NCBI RefSeq assembly: GCF_044704955.1
Contig: NC_091984.1
Span: forward strand, 148,242,001 to 148,306,000
Reading direction: 5' to 3'
Length of the DNA stretch: 64,000 nt
Origin: Pristiophorus japonicus
Taxonomy: Eukaryota
Shown piece after piece: positions 1 through 10,507 of this stretch. A program made the translations under genes and the position numbers. Positions within the stretch are counted from its first letter, which is position 1. Each line of letters begins with the position of its first letter. A model generated the notes under the pieces. That model saw only the letters and a list, made by a program, of their open reading frames with translations. It had not been told where the DNA came from and searched no databases.

Positions 1-309
1 CCCGAGATGTCTGTGCTCCTCCAATTCTGCCCTCCTGAGCATCCCTGATTGTAATCGCTCAACTATTCGTGGCCGTGCCTTCTGTTGCCGAGACCCCAGC
101 TCTGGAACTCCCTTCCCTAAACCTCTCCGCCTCTCTACCTCTCTTTCCTCCTTGAAGACACTCCTTAAAACATCCCTCTTTGCTCACCTACACTAATTTC
201 TTCTTATGTGACTCGGTGTCAAATTTTGTATCTCATAATACTCCTGGGAAGTGCCTTGGGACGTTTCACTATGTTAAAGGCGCTATATAAATACAGGTTG
301 TTGTTGTTG
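1..309 (+). mobile_element. 3' end of an L2-type LINE/SINE fragment
   Basis: Ends in ...aaaggcgctatataaatacagg(ttg)n, a typical L2-family 3' terminus and tail. Confidence 0.5.
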
Positions 310-372
310 AATTGAGGCAAAATCTGGTATTCTGGATGTCGCCGCTCCTTTTAACGCTCTCTCCAAAGCACG

Positions 373-1760
373 CACAGCAAATGTAACGCCCCTATTTAAA
401 AAAGGAGGCAGACAGAAAGCAGGAAACTATAGACCAGTTAGCCTAACATCTGTCATTGGGAAAATGCTGGAGTCCATTATTAAGGAAGCAATAGCAGGAC
501 ATTTGGAAAAGCATAGTTCAATCAAGCAGAGTCAGCATGGTTTTATGAAAGGGAAATCATGTTTGACAAATTTACTGGAATTCTTTGAGGATGTAACGAG
601 CAGGGTGGATAAAGGGGAACCAGTGGATGTGGTGTATTTGGATTTCCAGAAGGCATTCAATAAGGTGCCACATAAAAGGCATAAGATAAAAGTTCACGGG
701 GTTGGGGATAATATATTCGCATGGATAGAGGATTGGCTAACTAACAGAAAACAGAGAGTCAGGATAAATGGGTTATGTTCCCGTTGCCAAACGATAACTT
801 GTGGGGTGACACAGGGATCGGTGCTGGGGTCTCAATTATTTACAATCTATATTAATGACGAAGGGACCGAGTGTAAAGTAACCAAGTTTGCTGGGAGGAC
901 AGAGGCACCAACATTAGCGTCCTCGACCAGGCCAACATCCCCAGCATTGAAGCACTGACCACACTTGATCAGCTCCACTGGGCAGGCCACATTGTCCGCA
1001 TGCCAGACACGAGACTCCCAAAGCAAACGCTCGACTCGGAACTCCTTCACGGCAAACGAGCCAAAGGTGGGCAGAGGAACGTTACAAGGACACACTCAAA
1101 GCCTCCCTGATAAAGTGCAACTTCCCCACTGACACCTGGGAGTCCCTGGCCAAAGACCGCACTCAGTGGAGGAAGTGTATCCGGGAGGGCGCTGAGCTCC
1201 TCGAGTCTCATCGCCGAGAGCATGCAGAAATCAAGTGCAGGCAGCGGAAGGAACGCGCGTCAAACCTGTCTCACCCTCCCTTACCCTCAACAACTATCTG
1301 ACCCACCTGTGGCAGGGACTGTGGTTCTCGTATTGGACTGTTCAGCCACCTAACGACTCATTCTCAGAGTAGAAGCAAGTCTTCCTCGATTCCGAGGGAC
1401 TGCCTATGATGATGGGTGGGAAAGCACATTGTGAGCAGGACAGAAAAAATCTGCAAAGGGATATAGACAGGCTCAGTGAGTGGACAAAATGTTGGGAGAT
1501 GGAGTATAATGTGGGAAAATGTGATGTAATCCACTTTGGCATAAAGAATAGGAAAGCAGTTTATTTTTTAAATGGAGAAAAAATTGCAAACTGTTGCAGT
1601 AGAGAGGCACCTGGGGGTCCTTGTGCATGAAACACAAAAAGTTAGTATGCAGGTACAGCAAGTGATCAGGAAGGCAAAGGGAATGTTGCCCTTTATTGCA
1701 AGGGGGATGGAGTATAAAAGCAGAGAAGTCCTGCTACAGGGTATTGGTAAGACCCCCTGA
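373..1760 (+). mobile_element. Decayed CR1 LINE RT fragment, interrupted by an RTE piece
   Basis: ORF 464-958 contains SQHGFMKGKSCLTNLLEFFE..VDVVYLDFQKAF..QGSVLG; RT resumes at 1415 (DIDRLSEW..YNVGKC). Confidence 0.85.
893..1414 (+). mobile_element. RTE-clade LINE 3' fragment inserted in CR1
   Basis: Encodes the QLxWAGHIVRMPDTRLPKQ-like RTE C-terminus, ends in an (ATG)n tail, and interrupts the CR1 at its KFADD codons. Confidence 0.7.
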
Positions 1761-1931
1761 GAACCCCCACACCCGATCGCCCAGGTTCCCCCCCCCCCCC
1801 AGTTCCCACAAGGTCAGCCCCTGATCACTCCCCCTGGTCTCCCCTCCACCCACCCCCCAGCCCACTAATGACCCCCGACTCCCCCAGGAGCTGGAGCATC
1901 ACTGCGGAGCTCTCCTCAGGCCGACATAACC

Positions 1932-2205
1932 GTGCTGGGTAACATTCACACACACACAGACACACCTACAGTCAGTGCTGGGTTACAGTCTCACACACAC
2001 ACACACCTACAGACGGTGCTGGGTAACAAACACACACATGCACACACCTACAGTCAGTGTTGGATAACAATCACACACACACACACCGACAGGCGGTACT
2101 GGGTAACCGACACACACACACCTACAGTCAGTGCTGGGTAACAGTCACACACACACACACACACACACACATCTACAGGCAGTGCTGGGTAAGCCACACT
2201 AACAC
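1932..2205. repeat. Compound (CA)n / cctacagtcagtgctgggta minisatellite
   Basis: About 6 imperfect units of (ca)n-cctacag..gtgctgggtaac. Confidence 0.8.
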
Positions 2206-2793
2206 TCAGGGACATGTACACGGTGATACACTGACTGCTCCTCTCCCGAAGCTGAGGCCTCACTCGGTACAGTTTTGTGCTGCTGCCACGAGCCACACGT
2301 TAAGGAGAGAGAATGCAACATTGTGACTGTGGCCTCCTGCCCCCAGATTGCCCCCAGCAGTCAGCACAGAGTGCACAGTGCGATCCCACCATCGGGGGCT
2401 GCCCCAACAACCCCAGTGTGCAGAGTGAGAGCCAATGCTCAGACTGGGAGGGTTTAATCCCAGCAGCTTTCAGTGTCTCTGTGTTTAATCTTGTGCACTC
2501 CAGGGGTTCGAGGTCAAATTGATCGTTTTAAAATGATTGATAATTGCCTTTGAATCAAATCTCCTGCTGACCTGCCATTGATTAACAGTCCACCCAGCCA
2601 ATCAGGACAGACACTTACTGAAATGCAGCCAATCCAGCTGAGGGCGAGGTGGGACATTTCCAAAACATCTGCCAGACACAGACTGAATATTCTTCACGTT
2701 TATTGCCTTTTACAGATTCACATTTACAGAAACAAGACTTGAATAAACAGCCCAGCGAGAGCGAGCTGGAGACATTCACAGGGAGAATGCAGC

Positions 2794-2799
2794 TTTATT
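2794..2799 (-). terminator. Candidate polyadenylation signal of the Ig light-chain transcript
   Basis: First AATAAA on the minus strand, ~420 nt downstream of the C stop codon. Confidence 0.55.
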
Positions 2800-3219
2800 A
2801 AAACAGTTGTGGGGATTTTCTCCACACCGTGAGAATCCTGTCCCTTTAAACGGGGACAAAACCTTGAATTGTAACAGCAGGGTGAGCAGGGAGGGGGTCT
2901 GCTTACTGAAGTGGCACTTTGCAGTTTAACATTAGTTTTACTCTGCTGACTGTCTTCAGCATCTTCGAGAGGTTTTACGAGTGAACACTGTCCCATCAAA
3001 TCCCCCCAGGGCAGGTACAGCACGGGTTAGATACAGAGTAAAGCTCCCTCGACACTGCCCCAATAACGTGCCTTACCCCCTGACCCTCAGATGCTTTCTC
3101 TGACCCAGTCCCGAGAAGGAAGAGAGTAGAAATGCAGTGCTGACAATGACCTTTGTCCTCCCGGCTCACCCCCTGTTCTATTTAAAGTTGCGTCTCCCCC
3201 GCGGACTGTCCCTGACACA

Positions 3220-3548
3220 CTACGCACATTCTGCTCTCCTGATGCCCTTGCTGAGGGGAGAGGAGAGGCTCTCGTGGGTGAGGCTGCAGGAGAAGCTGGC
3301 GTTGGACTCCCAGTCGGAGCCAGAGAGGGTCAGCAGGCTGCTGACACTGTAGGTGTTGTCCGAAGCTCGCAGGTAGTCGCTGGTCTGGACCCCGGCCGAA
3401 ATGGTCGCCCCGTCCTTCTTCCACTCCACCTCCACCGCATCGGGGTAGAAGTGATCGGCGAGGCACACCAGGGTGGCAGTGCCCTTGGTCGTGACCTCCT
3501 CCGGGGAGGGGGGCAGCAGGGTCAGCGTGGGTGGTGTCTTCCCTCTGC
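3220..3548 (-). CDS. IGKC: Ig kappa-type light-chain constant exon (intact)
   Basis: Acceptor tccctttcag|GC. In phase with J it reads (S)RGKTPPTLTLLPPSPEEVTTKGTATLVCLADHFYPDAVEVEWKKDG..YSVSSLLTLSGSDWESNASFSCSLTHESLSSPLSKGIRRAECA*, with C1-set Cys/Trp/Cys and the penultimate interchain Cys. Confidence 0.97.
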
Positions 3549-4604
3549 CTGAAAGGGAGGAGAAGGATGTTTAATAGGTGTATATTAGTCTGTGTGTGTG
3601 TGTGTGTGTGTGTCACTGTGGGTGTTTCCGTGTGGGGATAATTCACATCTGATAACGGAGACCTGGGTTAATGAACTCCTGGCTGGTGATTAACCATTAG
3701 AGGCGAGCAACATTAATTCTTAATCTTCTTTGCCTCGCTTGATAAGTTTAATCTAAATATAAATGCGTTTAATGTTAAGGTGTAGAATTTACCAATATTT
3801 CGCAAAGATTCCTGGTACCTTTCCCCTGCAGAGGAGAAGAATCCCTTTCTGGACTTTTAAAATGAGTTTAAAGGGGCAGACGGCGTCTGCAGTGGATAAA
3901 AGGGGATGCATTCATGGAGACCTCCCCCGTGTTTGGACTTTTTGAAAAGAGAATTCAAAATGGACCTAAATTACAGAAGCCTGAGATCCCCTAAACATCT
4001 ATGGGAAGGAGCATATCAATTTTAAGATTATACAACATTTTGGCTGCGAAAAAGAGTTACCGAATACAGGAGGTGGGGCTAACTTCTGTGAAGCAAATTC
4101 GTGTATTAAGGATCCCAGACTGTCTGGGGGAACTATTCACCCGCTAAGAGATAATCGAATTACCCAATCAAGCACAATGGCAATCATGGTCAGGAAACTG
4201 GACAATCCTAAAACAATGCAAAACCAGTGATAGCACATTCTCACACCCTAATTGAGTTACTGCTGACAAAGGAGATATTTGAAAATCAATAGATAGAACA
4301 GTTTAAACAGAGCCCAAGAGATTTGATGGGAGATAACAGAGCCTTTTTTTGGGATATATCTATCCCCCAGTTTTACAAGGAAAAACTAACAGAACACAGA
4401 CTGGAACTCGCACAGACTCGAACAAGGACACAGACTGGAACACAGACACAGACAAGCAGCCTGCTTGCTCTACAGTGAAGAAATGGAATAGTGAAGGAAA
4501 CTACCAGAACTGATCAGGAACTGACCGAGCACGAGGCCCACGAAACGGAAGGTTGTCAGCAACCAAATTGACAACCACTCTACAATCGACTTCTGAACGA
4601 AAGG

Positions 4605-4800
4605 CCTGCATTTATATAGCGCCATTTACGCCTCAGGATGTCCCAAAGTGCTTCACAGCCAATGAAATACATTTTTGAAGTGCAGTCACTGTCGTAATTT
4701 GGGAAACACGGCAACTAATTTGTGCACAGCAAGCTCCCACACACAGCAATGAGGTAAATGAGCATTTTAAGCGATGTAGGTTGAGGGATAAATATCGGCC
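4605..4800 (-). mobile_element. SINE fragment (Deu-domain/SacSINE-like)
   Basis: gcatttatatagcgcc..cccaaagtgcttcacagcc..tttgaagtgcagtcactg..gcacagcaagctcccac motif string. Confidence 0.55.
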
Positions 4801-5329
4801 TGAACTCGAGCCACAGAAACAGCAACTGAGAGTCTCCCCACAACCCTGGAGCACTGCAGCCGCCGGATTGCGAGCCCTGCTGCCCCTGTTTGTGATCAGA
4901 AGTTGGACAGGAGGTGAGCGGGGGCTGGACAGATCAGAGTTGGAGCTGGGGGAGGTGGGACCTCGGGAGTGTCAGTGTGCTGAGGCTGAGCTCAGTTATA
5001 TCAGAGACTGTGACAGGAGCACAGACTGCCCCCAGCGAGCTCACTCACTCACACCCACACTCTGCCCGTGTCTCACACACCGTGTCTGTCACACTGAGAC
5101 AGGCAGGAGGCTCGGGAGCGATTTCCGGGGATGGTGCAGGGATGGGACCGCAGTGTGCCAACGTCCAGATCTCCTCCACACGGTGGGTAACAGTTCGTTA
5201 CTTATACTTTGCTGGGTGAAGGTGGAGTGTGGGTAAAGGAATACAGCCGGGCTCCCTGTCATACACAGCACTCTTCAATTAACCCTTTCATTCACCGCAG
5301 CTCCCCACCATATTATATAACCCATACAC

Positions 5330-5755
5330 AGGCACTGGAGAGGGTGCAGAGAAGGTTTACAAGGATGGGACCAGAAATGCGAGGGTGTACATATCAGGAA
5401 AGGATGAACAGGCTGGGGCTCTTTTCTCTTGAGGCTGAGGGGTGACCTGATAGAGGTCTTTAACATTCGGAAAGGTTTTGATAGAGTGGATACAGAGAGA
5501 GTGTTTCCACTTGTGGGGAAGAGCAGAACTAGAGGCCATCAATATAAGATAGTCAGCAAGAAATCCAATCGGGAATTCAGGAGAAAATTCTTTACCCGGC
5601 AAGCGGTGAGAATGTGGAACTGGCTACCACAGGGAGTGATTGAAGTGAATAGTATCGATGTAATTAAGGGGAGGCTAGACAGGGATATGAGGGAGAAGGG
5701 AATAGAGGGCTATGCTGATAGATTTAGATGAGGAAAGACGGGAGGATCGCGTGTA
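5330..5755 (+). mobile_element. CR1 LINE 3' fragment in the J-C intron
   Basis: ALERVQRRFTRM..LRGDLIEVF..RTRGHQYKI..WN C-terminal CR1 motifs. Confidence 0.85.
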
Positions 5756-5852
5756 ATCATATGTAAACTAACACCTTCGCATATTCAGCATTTGTGTCTT
5801 AGAAAGATTCAGTATTTAAAGTGTTAATAACGGAGCATTGGGGTTTACTTAC

Positions 5853-5887
5853 TCAGTCTGAGCTTGGTTCCTTTACCGAACGTGAGC
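5853..5887 (-). CDS. IGKJ: Ig kappa-type J segment (germline, unjoined)
   Basis: G CTC ACG TTC GGT AAA GGA ACC AAG CTC AGA CTG A|gtaagt = LTFGKGTKLRL, FGxG motif, phase-1 donor matching the C acceptor. Confidence 0.97.
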
Positions 5888-5926
5888 CACAGTGACAGCT
5901 TCCAGTGCAGCGGCTGTACAATATCC
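5888..5926 (+). promoter_or_regulatory. 23-bp-spacer recombination signal sequence of J
   Basis: CACAGTG (5888-5894), 23-nt spacer, ACAATATCC (5918-5926; 2 mismatches to ACAAAAACC). Confidence 0.9.
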
Positions 5927-5939
5927 TCCGTCCCTGGCT

Positions 5940-6245
5940 CACTCAGTCTCTCTCCTCCTCTCTCTGTCTGTGTATGCGTGTGTCTCACTCACTCTGTTTC
6001 TCGTACTCTCGAGCTCTCTCTCACAGTTTCGCTGACTCTGTTTCTCCCACCCTCTCACACTCTCTCTCTTTCCCTCACTCCCTCTTCCTCCCTCCCTCTC
6101 TGCCGCTCCCTCTCCCTTAATCTGTCTCCCTCCTTCTCCCTCCCACACTCACTCAATCTCTCTCCCATTACAATCACGCTCTCTCGTGCTCTCTCTCTCT
6201 CTCACTCCCTCCCTCTCCCTCTCTCCCTCCCTCACTCTCTCTGTC
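5940..6245. repeat. CT-rich polypyrimidine tract next to J
   Basis: Low-complexity (ct/ccct)n; mirrored as a GA-rich tract at 63740-64000. Confidence 0.85.
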
Positions 6246-6299
6246 CGAGTTGCCTGTGGCAGTGCCTGTGAATGTTGGGGATCCGACGTGTTTGGGACA

Positions 6300-7090
6300 A
6301 ATCTCCCAGCTGCCCTTCCCGCCCCATCAGACGGTAACCCTGGTGCCACGGAATTGCTGGAGAATGAAAGTCCCCATCACACAGGGCTCACCTCTTTGTG
6401 CCCCTTGAACAACGGGCTCCGTCTGCAAGCGAGATTTTTGTGTTGCTGACACAGGCCTTCCTCGGGGATCATTATAAAATAACGAGTTTCAGGGGCTTTA
6501 GAAACCTGTTTCCTCAGTCCGTGAACCGTGTGTACGTGGAGTGTGAGAGGATGCAGCCCCTCTTCCACTATTTGAAGGGGCTGCTCCTCGATTTCTGGCT
6601 CCACTTCAGTCCCACGCTCCTGGGCCTGGTCACCCGGTGCGGGGGGAGTGGGCAGGTCGGAGGGCCTCCCTGTGGGCCTGCTCCTGGGCCTGGCCACCCG
6701 GTGCAGGGAGAGTGGACAGGTCGGAGGGCCTCCCCATGGGGCTGCTCCTGGGCCTGGTCACCCGGTGCAGGGAGAGCGGGCAGGTCAGAGCGCCTCCCCG
6801 TGGGCCTGCCCATGGTGGCCATCCACAGGTCCCAGTTGGACGGGGCTCATGGGGTGGTTGCGCTGCCTGCCTGCCTCCCTTCGGGGGCCATGTCCACATC
6901 AGGATGACCCTGGGGATGGAGCCCAGGGTAGGCCTGAGGCCTTCTGCGACGAGTGGGCACCGCACGGCCTGGAGTGTGGGGTGGGCAGGGAAAGAGCACG
7001 ACCATTTCACTTGTTCACTTTCCTTTCATGTTTATGCCTTGGGTTTTATTAGTTGTGGCCCTCTCAATAGTGGGGGGTTTGTGAGATTAT
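6300..7090 (+). mobile_element. Tx1/L1-clade LINE 3' fragment between V and J, with a 3x64-bp internal tandem
   Basis: SVNRVYVECERMQPLFHYLKGLLLDFWLHFSPTLL (post-RT zinc-finger region), shared with 31470-31590; 64-bp units start at 6617, 6681 and 6745. Confidence 0.6.
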
Positions 7091-7369
7091 TTGTATTGAG
7101 GACACAGGGACCACCCAGTGTCTCCGTGCTGTCTGAATGTACAGAGTAGAGCTGTGAGATTGTCAGTGACGAAGACACAGCCCCAACTCGTCTCTGACCC
7201 ACTCCATCCTTTCCCAATTCACTGCAGCTTCCAGCTGAATGTTCCTGCCATCGAGCTGTGTGTCAGTCATGTGTAAAACCGTACAGGAGGTGGGGCTGTG
7301 TGTCCATTATTATATATTATATATAACTGTGGGATGAGTCAGTACAGGAGGTGGGGCTGTGTATATTGA

Positions 7370-7397
7370 GGTTTTTGTATAGCTGTGTATCACAGTG
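7370..7397 (-). promoter_or_regulatory. 12-bp-spacer RSS of V1
   Basis: Minus strand CACTGTG + 12 nt (atacacagctat) + ACAAAAACC. Confidence 0.95.
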
Positions 7398-7696
7398 TAG
7401 AGGGGAGCTATACTCTTGCTGACAGTAATAGTCTGCGACATCCTCGCTCTGCACGTTGCCGATGCTCAGGGTGAACGTGTTGGACTGGTAACTGCCGGTG
7501 AAGCGATCAGAGGTTCCAGTGAAACGATTTGTTGCGTCATAGATCAGCAGAGTGGGTTTCTGCCCGGCTTTCTGCTGGTACCAAGCAACATCATTGCTAA
7601 CGGATGCACTGGCGGTACAGGTGATGGTTGCAGTCTGTCCCTCACTCACTGACAGCACCGGGGGAGACTGGGTCATGATGATGTCCCCACTGATAC
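7398..7696 (-). CDS. IGKV: Ig kappa-type V exon (V1, intact)
   Basis: Acceptor ccctcag|GT; [78 protein letters not shown]. Confidence 0.97.
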
Positions 7697-7883
7697 CTGA
7701 GGGGGAAATGGGGAAAGAAAGTGAAGTAAGCACTGTCACAGAAAGACACTGTGAAATGAGAGATTGCTCGAGACACTGAGCTCTCCTCTAGTGTCAGCAT
7801 TTGCCCTTCAATCACTGGTCAGTAGAGTTGGACAGAAATCGACAGCAGGGAGATATTAAACGTGGAAGGAGAGAGATTGGTAC

Positions 7884-7932
7884 CTGCGACGCAGAATGCC
7901 AGAGGCCAGACCAGCTGGATGGGTGAAATCAT
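7884..7932 (-). CDS. IGKV: Leader exon of V1
   Basis: 49-nt exon MISPIQLVWPLAFCVA(G) followed by a gtacc donor; phase matches the V exon. Confidence 0.93.
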
Positions 7933-7991
7933 GGTGTCTGCTCCTGTCCCTGTGCCTGCTTACTGATAAACTGCCCTTCACTGGGCTCTGC

Positions 7992-8045
7992 TTTATAAAC
8001 CTGCAGCCTGTGAGAGTCTCACTGCCCATCCCTCAGTATGTAAAT
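7992..8045 (-). promoter_or_regulatory. V1 promoter: TATA box and variant octamer
   Basis: TATAAA at 7992-7997 and ATTTACAT at 8038-8045 (minus strand); both conserved at V2. Confidence 0.8.
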
Positions 8046-8337
8046 GTCTTCACACAGAGAAAGCCACGTCAGCACATTTCACTTCCTCTTCTTCTATCCC
8101 TCCCTCCCACCATCACCCTCTCCCTTCCTCTCTTTGTCTGTCACCATCTGTTGCTCTTTCGCGATCGCACCATCTCCATCTCCCCCTCTAACCTTCTCCC
8201 CGTTCTCTCCCCCCTTCCCTTCTCGCCGTTCCTCACCTTCTCTCCCCCATCACCTTCTCCCCCCTCCCCTCCCCTCCTACGCCCCCCTCCCCTCCATCCT
8301 CCTCCCCTGCTCACACCAAGTGCTGATCCAAAATGAC

Positions 8338-8450
8338 CCCTGAACTCACTGACCTGCAGCCCCTGACCTCACTGACCTACTGCCCCTGACCTCACTGACC
8401 GACTGCCCCTGACCTCACTGACCTACTGCTCCTGACCTCACTGACCTACT
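8338..8450. repeat. ~21-bp tandem (ctgacctcactgacctactgccc)
   Basis: About 5 units; the reverse-complement array is at 59710-59999 and 60816-60895. Confidence 0.85.
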
Positions 8451-8768
8451 CATCATCCTCATCGACGGACCCTCGAACGAGGATGACTTGCTTGCACATG
8501 AGTTCAGAGATGTTTCAATGAAGGACCCGATGTTCCAGTCCTGAACTCCAATTGAAGAGGTTGAAGATGCCTGTGCATGGATTGTTTTAATGTGTGGTGA
8601 CTGTTGCATATCAGCCACTACACAGGCTTGACAGAGCTAGGCCTTTATCCAGTGGCAAGGGTTAACCAGGACGACTGGAGACCTGCTCTACTGCATGGGC
8701 CTAGTGCGCACACATATCGCAGTGTAGCCTGGCCTATGCTGCTCCTGGGCCCTCGGCTCTTCTGGTGC
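8451..8768 (-). mobile_element. RTE-tailed SINE-like repeat, split by the young CR1 (probably continues 13515-13820)
   Basis: Begins with a (cat)n tail plus ccctcgaacgaggatgacttgctt resembling the RTE 3' end at 1370-1414; a homologous copy in the opposite orientation is at ~28255-28480. Confidence 0.55.
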
Positions 8769-9315
8769 CGAGGAGGCGGGAGCTCGGAGCAGCGTGAGTC
8801 CGGGGTCGGCGAGAGGCCTATAAAGGCCAGCGGGAGCTCGGAGCAGTCAGTCGAGGAGGCGGGAGCTCGGAGCAGCGCGAGTCCGGGGTCGGCGAGAGGC
8901 CTATAAAGGCCAGCGGGAGCTCGGAGCAGTCAGTCGAGGAGGCGGGAGCTCGGAGCAGCGCGAGTCCGGGGTCGGCGAGAGGCCTATAAAGGCCAGCGGG
9001 AGCTCGGAGCAGTCAGTCGAGGAGGCGGGAGCTCGGAGCAGCGCGAGTCCGGGGTCGGCGAGAGGCCTATAAAGGCCAGCGGGAGCTCGGAGCAGTCAGT
9101 CGAGGAGGCGGGAGCTCGGAGCAGCGCGAGTCCGGGGTCGGCGAGAGGCCTATAAAGGCCAGCGGGAGCTCGGAGCAGTCAGTCGAGGAGGCGGGAGCTC
9201 GGAGCAGCGCGAGTCCGGGTTCGGCGAGAGGCCTATAAAGGCCAGCGGGAGCTCGGAGCAGTCAGTCGAGGAGGCGGGAGCTCGGAGCAGCGCGAGTCCG
9301 GGTTCGGCGAGAGGC
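8769..9315 (+). repeat. 83-bp CpG-rich tandem array (~6.6 copies) forming the CR1 5' end
   Basis: TATAAA recurs at 8819, 8902, 8985, 9068, 9151 and 9234 (period 83); units near-identical. Confidence 0.95.
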
Positions 9316-9482
9316 GTACCGGTGCAGCTACAGGGAGAAGGCAAAAAAACAAAGGTGACGTCACAGCCTAGGGGGTAAGTGATTGGCTGGTGATTGGTGA
9401 GTAGTTTTTCTTTTTCTTCTTATATTGGTCAGTAACTTTTAACATTGTTATTACCAGTTTAAGTGTATCTAAGGGTTAAGAC

Positions 9483-10430
9483 ATGGCAGGAGAGCTCGGT
9501 CGGGTGTTATGCTCCTCCTGTACCATGTGGGAACTCAGGGACGCTTCCGGTGTCCCTGACGACTATGTGTGCGGGAAGTGTATCCGCCTCCAGCTCCTGA
9601 CGGTCCGCGTTACGGAATTGGAGCTGAAGGTGGATTCACTCTGGAGCATCCACGATGCTGAGAATGACGTGAGTATCACGTGTAGTGAGTTGGTCTTACC
9701 GCAGGGAAAGGGTCCACAGCCAGATAGGGAATGGAAGACCAGCAGGAAGAGTAGAGCAAGGAAGGTAGTGCAGGGGTCCCCTGCGGTCATCCCCCTGCAA
9801 AACAGATACACCGCTTTGGGTACTGTTGAGGGGAATGACTCATCAGGGGAGGGCAGCAGCAGCCAAGTTCATGGCACCGTGGCTGGCTCTGCTGCACAGG
9901 AGGGCAAGAAAAAGAGTGGGAGAGCGATAGTGATAGGGGATTCAATTGTGAGGGGAATAGATAGGCGTTTCTGCGGCCGCAACCGAGACTCCAGGATGGT
10001 ATGTTGCCTCCCTGGTGCAAGGGTCAAGGATGTCTCGGAGCGGGTGCAGGACATTCTGAAATGGGAGGGAGAACAGCCAGTTGTCGTGGTGCACATTGGT
10101 ACCAACGACATAGGCAAAAAAAGGGATGAGGTCCTACGAAACGAATTTAAGGAGCTAGGAGCTAAATTAAAAAGTAGGACCTCAAAAGTAGTAATCTCGG
10201 GATTGCTACCAGTGCCACGTGATAGTCAGAGTAGGAATCGCAGGATAGCACAGATGAATACGTGGCTTGAGCAGTGGTGCAGCAGGGAGGGATTCAAATT
10301 CCTGGGGCATTGGGACCGGTTCTGGGGGAGGTGGGACCAGTACAAACCGGACGGTCTGCACCTGGGCAGGACTGGAACCAATGTCCTCGGGGGAGTGTTT
10401 GCTAGTGCTGTTGGGGAGGATTTAAACTAA
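9483..10430 (+). CDS. CR1 ORF1p: zinc finger + coiled coil + SGNH esterase-like domain
   Basis: CSSC..CGKC, leucine heptads, then SGNH blocks IVIGDSI, CLPGA, HIGTND, DGLHL. Confidence 0.92.
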   Translation: MAGELGRVLCSSCTMWELRDASGVPDDYVCGKCIRLQLLTVRVTELELKVDSLWSIHDAENDVSITCSELVLPQGKGPQPDREWKTSRKSRARKVVQGSPAVIPLQNRYTALGTVEGNDSSGEGSSSQVHGTVAGSAAQEGKKKSGRAIVIGDSIVRGIDRRFCGRNRDSRMVCCLPGARVKDVSERVQDILKWEGEQPVVVVHIGTNDIGKKRDEVLRNEFKELGAKLKSRTSKVVISGLLPVPRDSQSRNRRIAQMNTWLEQWCSREGFKFLGHWDRFWGRWDQYKPDGLHLGRTGTNVLGGVFASAVGEDLN

Positions 10431-10507
10431 TATGGCAGGGGGATGGGAACCAATGCAGGGAGACAGAGGGAAACAAAAAGGAGCCAAAAGCAAAAGACAG
10501 AAAGGAG

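Noticed and set aside
1885-2340. Possible host-gene exons flanking the CA repeat
   Set aside because: Only short peptides with no recognisable domain and weak splice signals
5195-5260. Possible extra J (gggtaaagga, GKG-like)
   Set aside because: Wrong strand for this cluster, no FGxG frame, no RSS
5864-6449. Ser/Leu-rich or Glu/Arg-rich ORFs (also 63577-63979, 1932-2326)
   Set aside because: Translations of low-complexity microsatellite DNA
7391-7430. Bidirectional use of the V heptamer (CACAGTG on the opposite strand)
   Set aside because: No nonamer-like sequence at either spacing inside V
8769-9315. CRISPR-like or independent satellite array
   Set aside because: Units are fully repeated and continuous with the CR1 5' UTR
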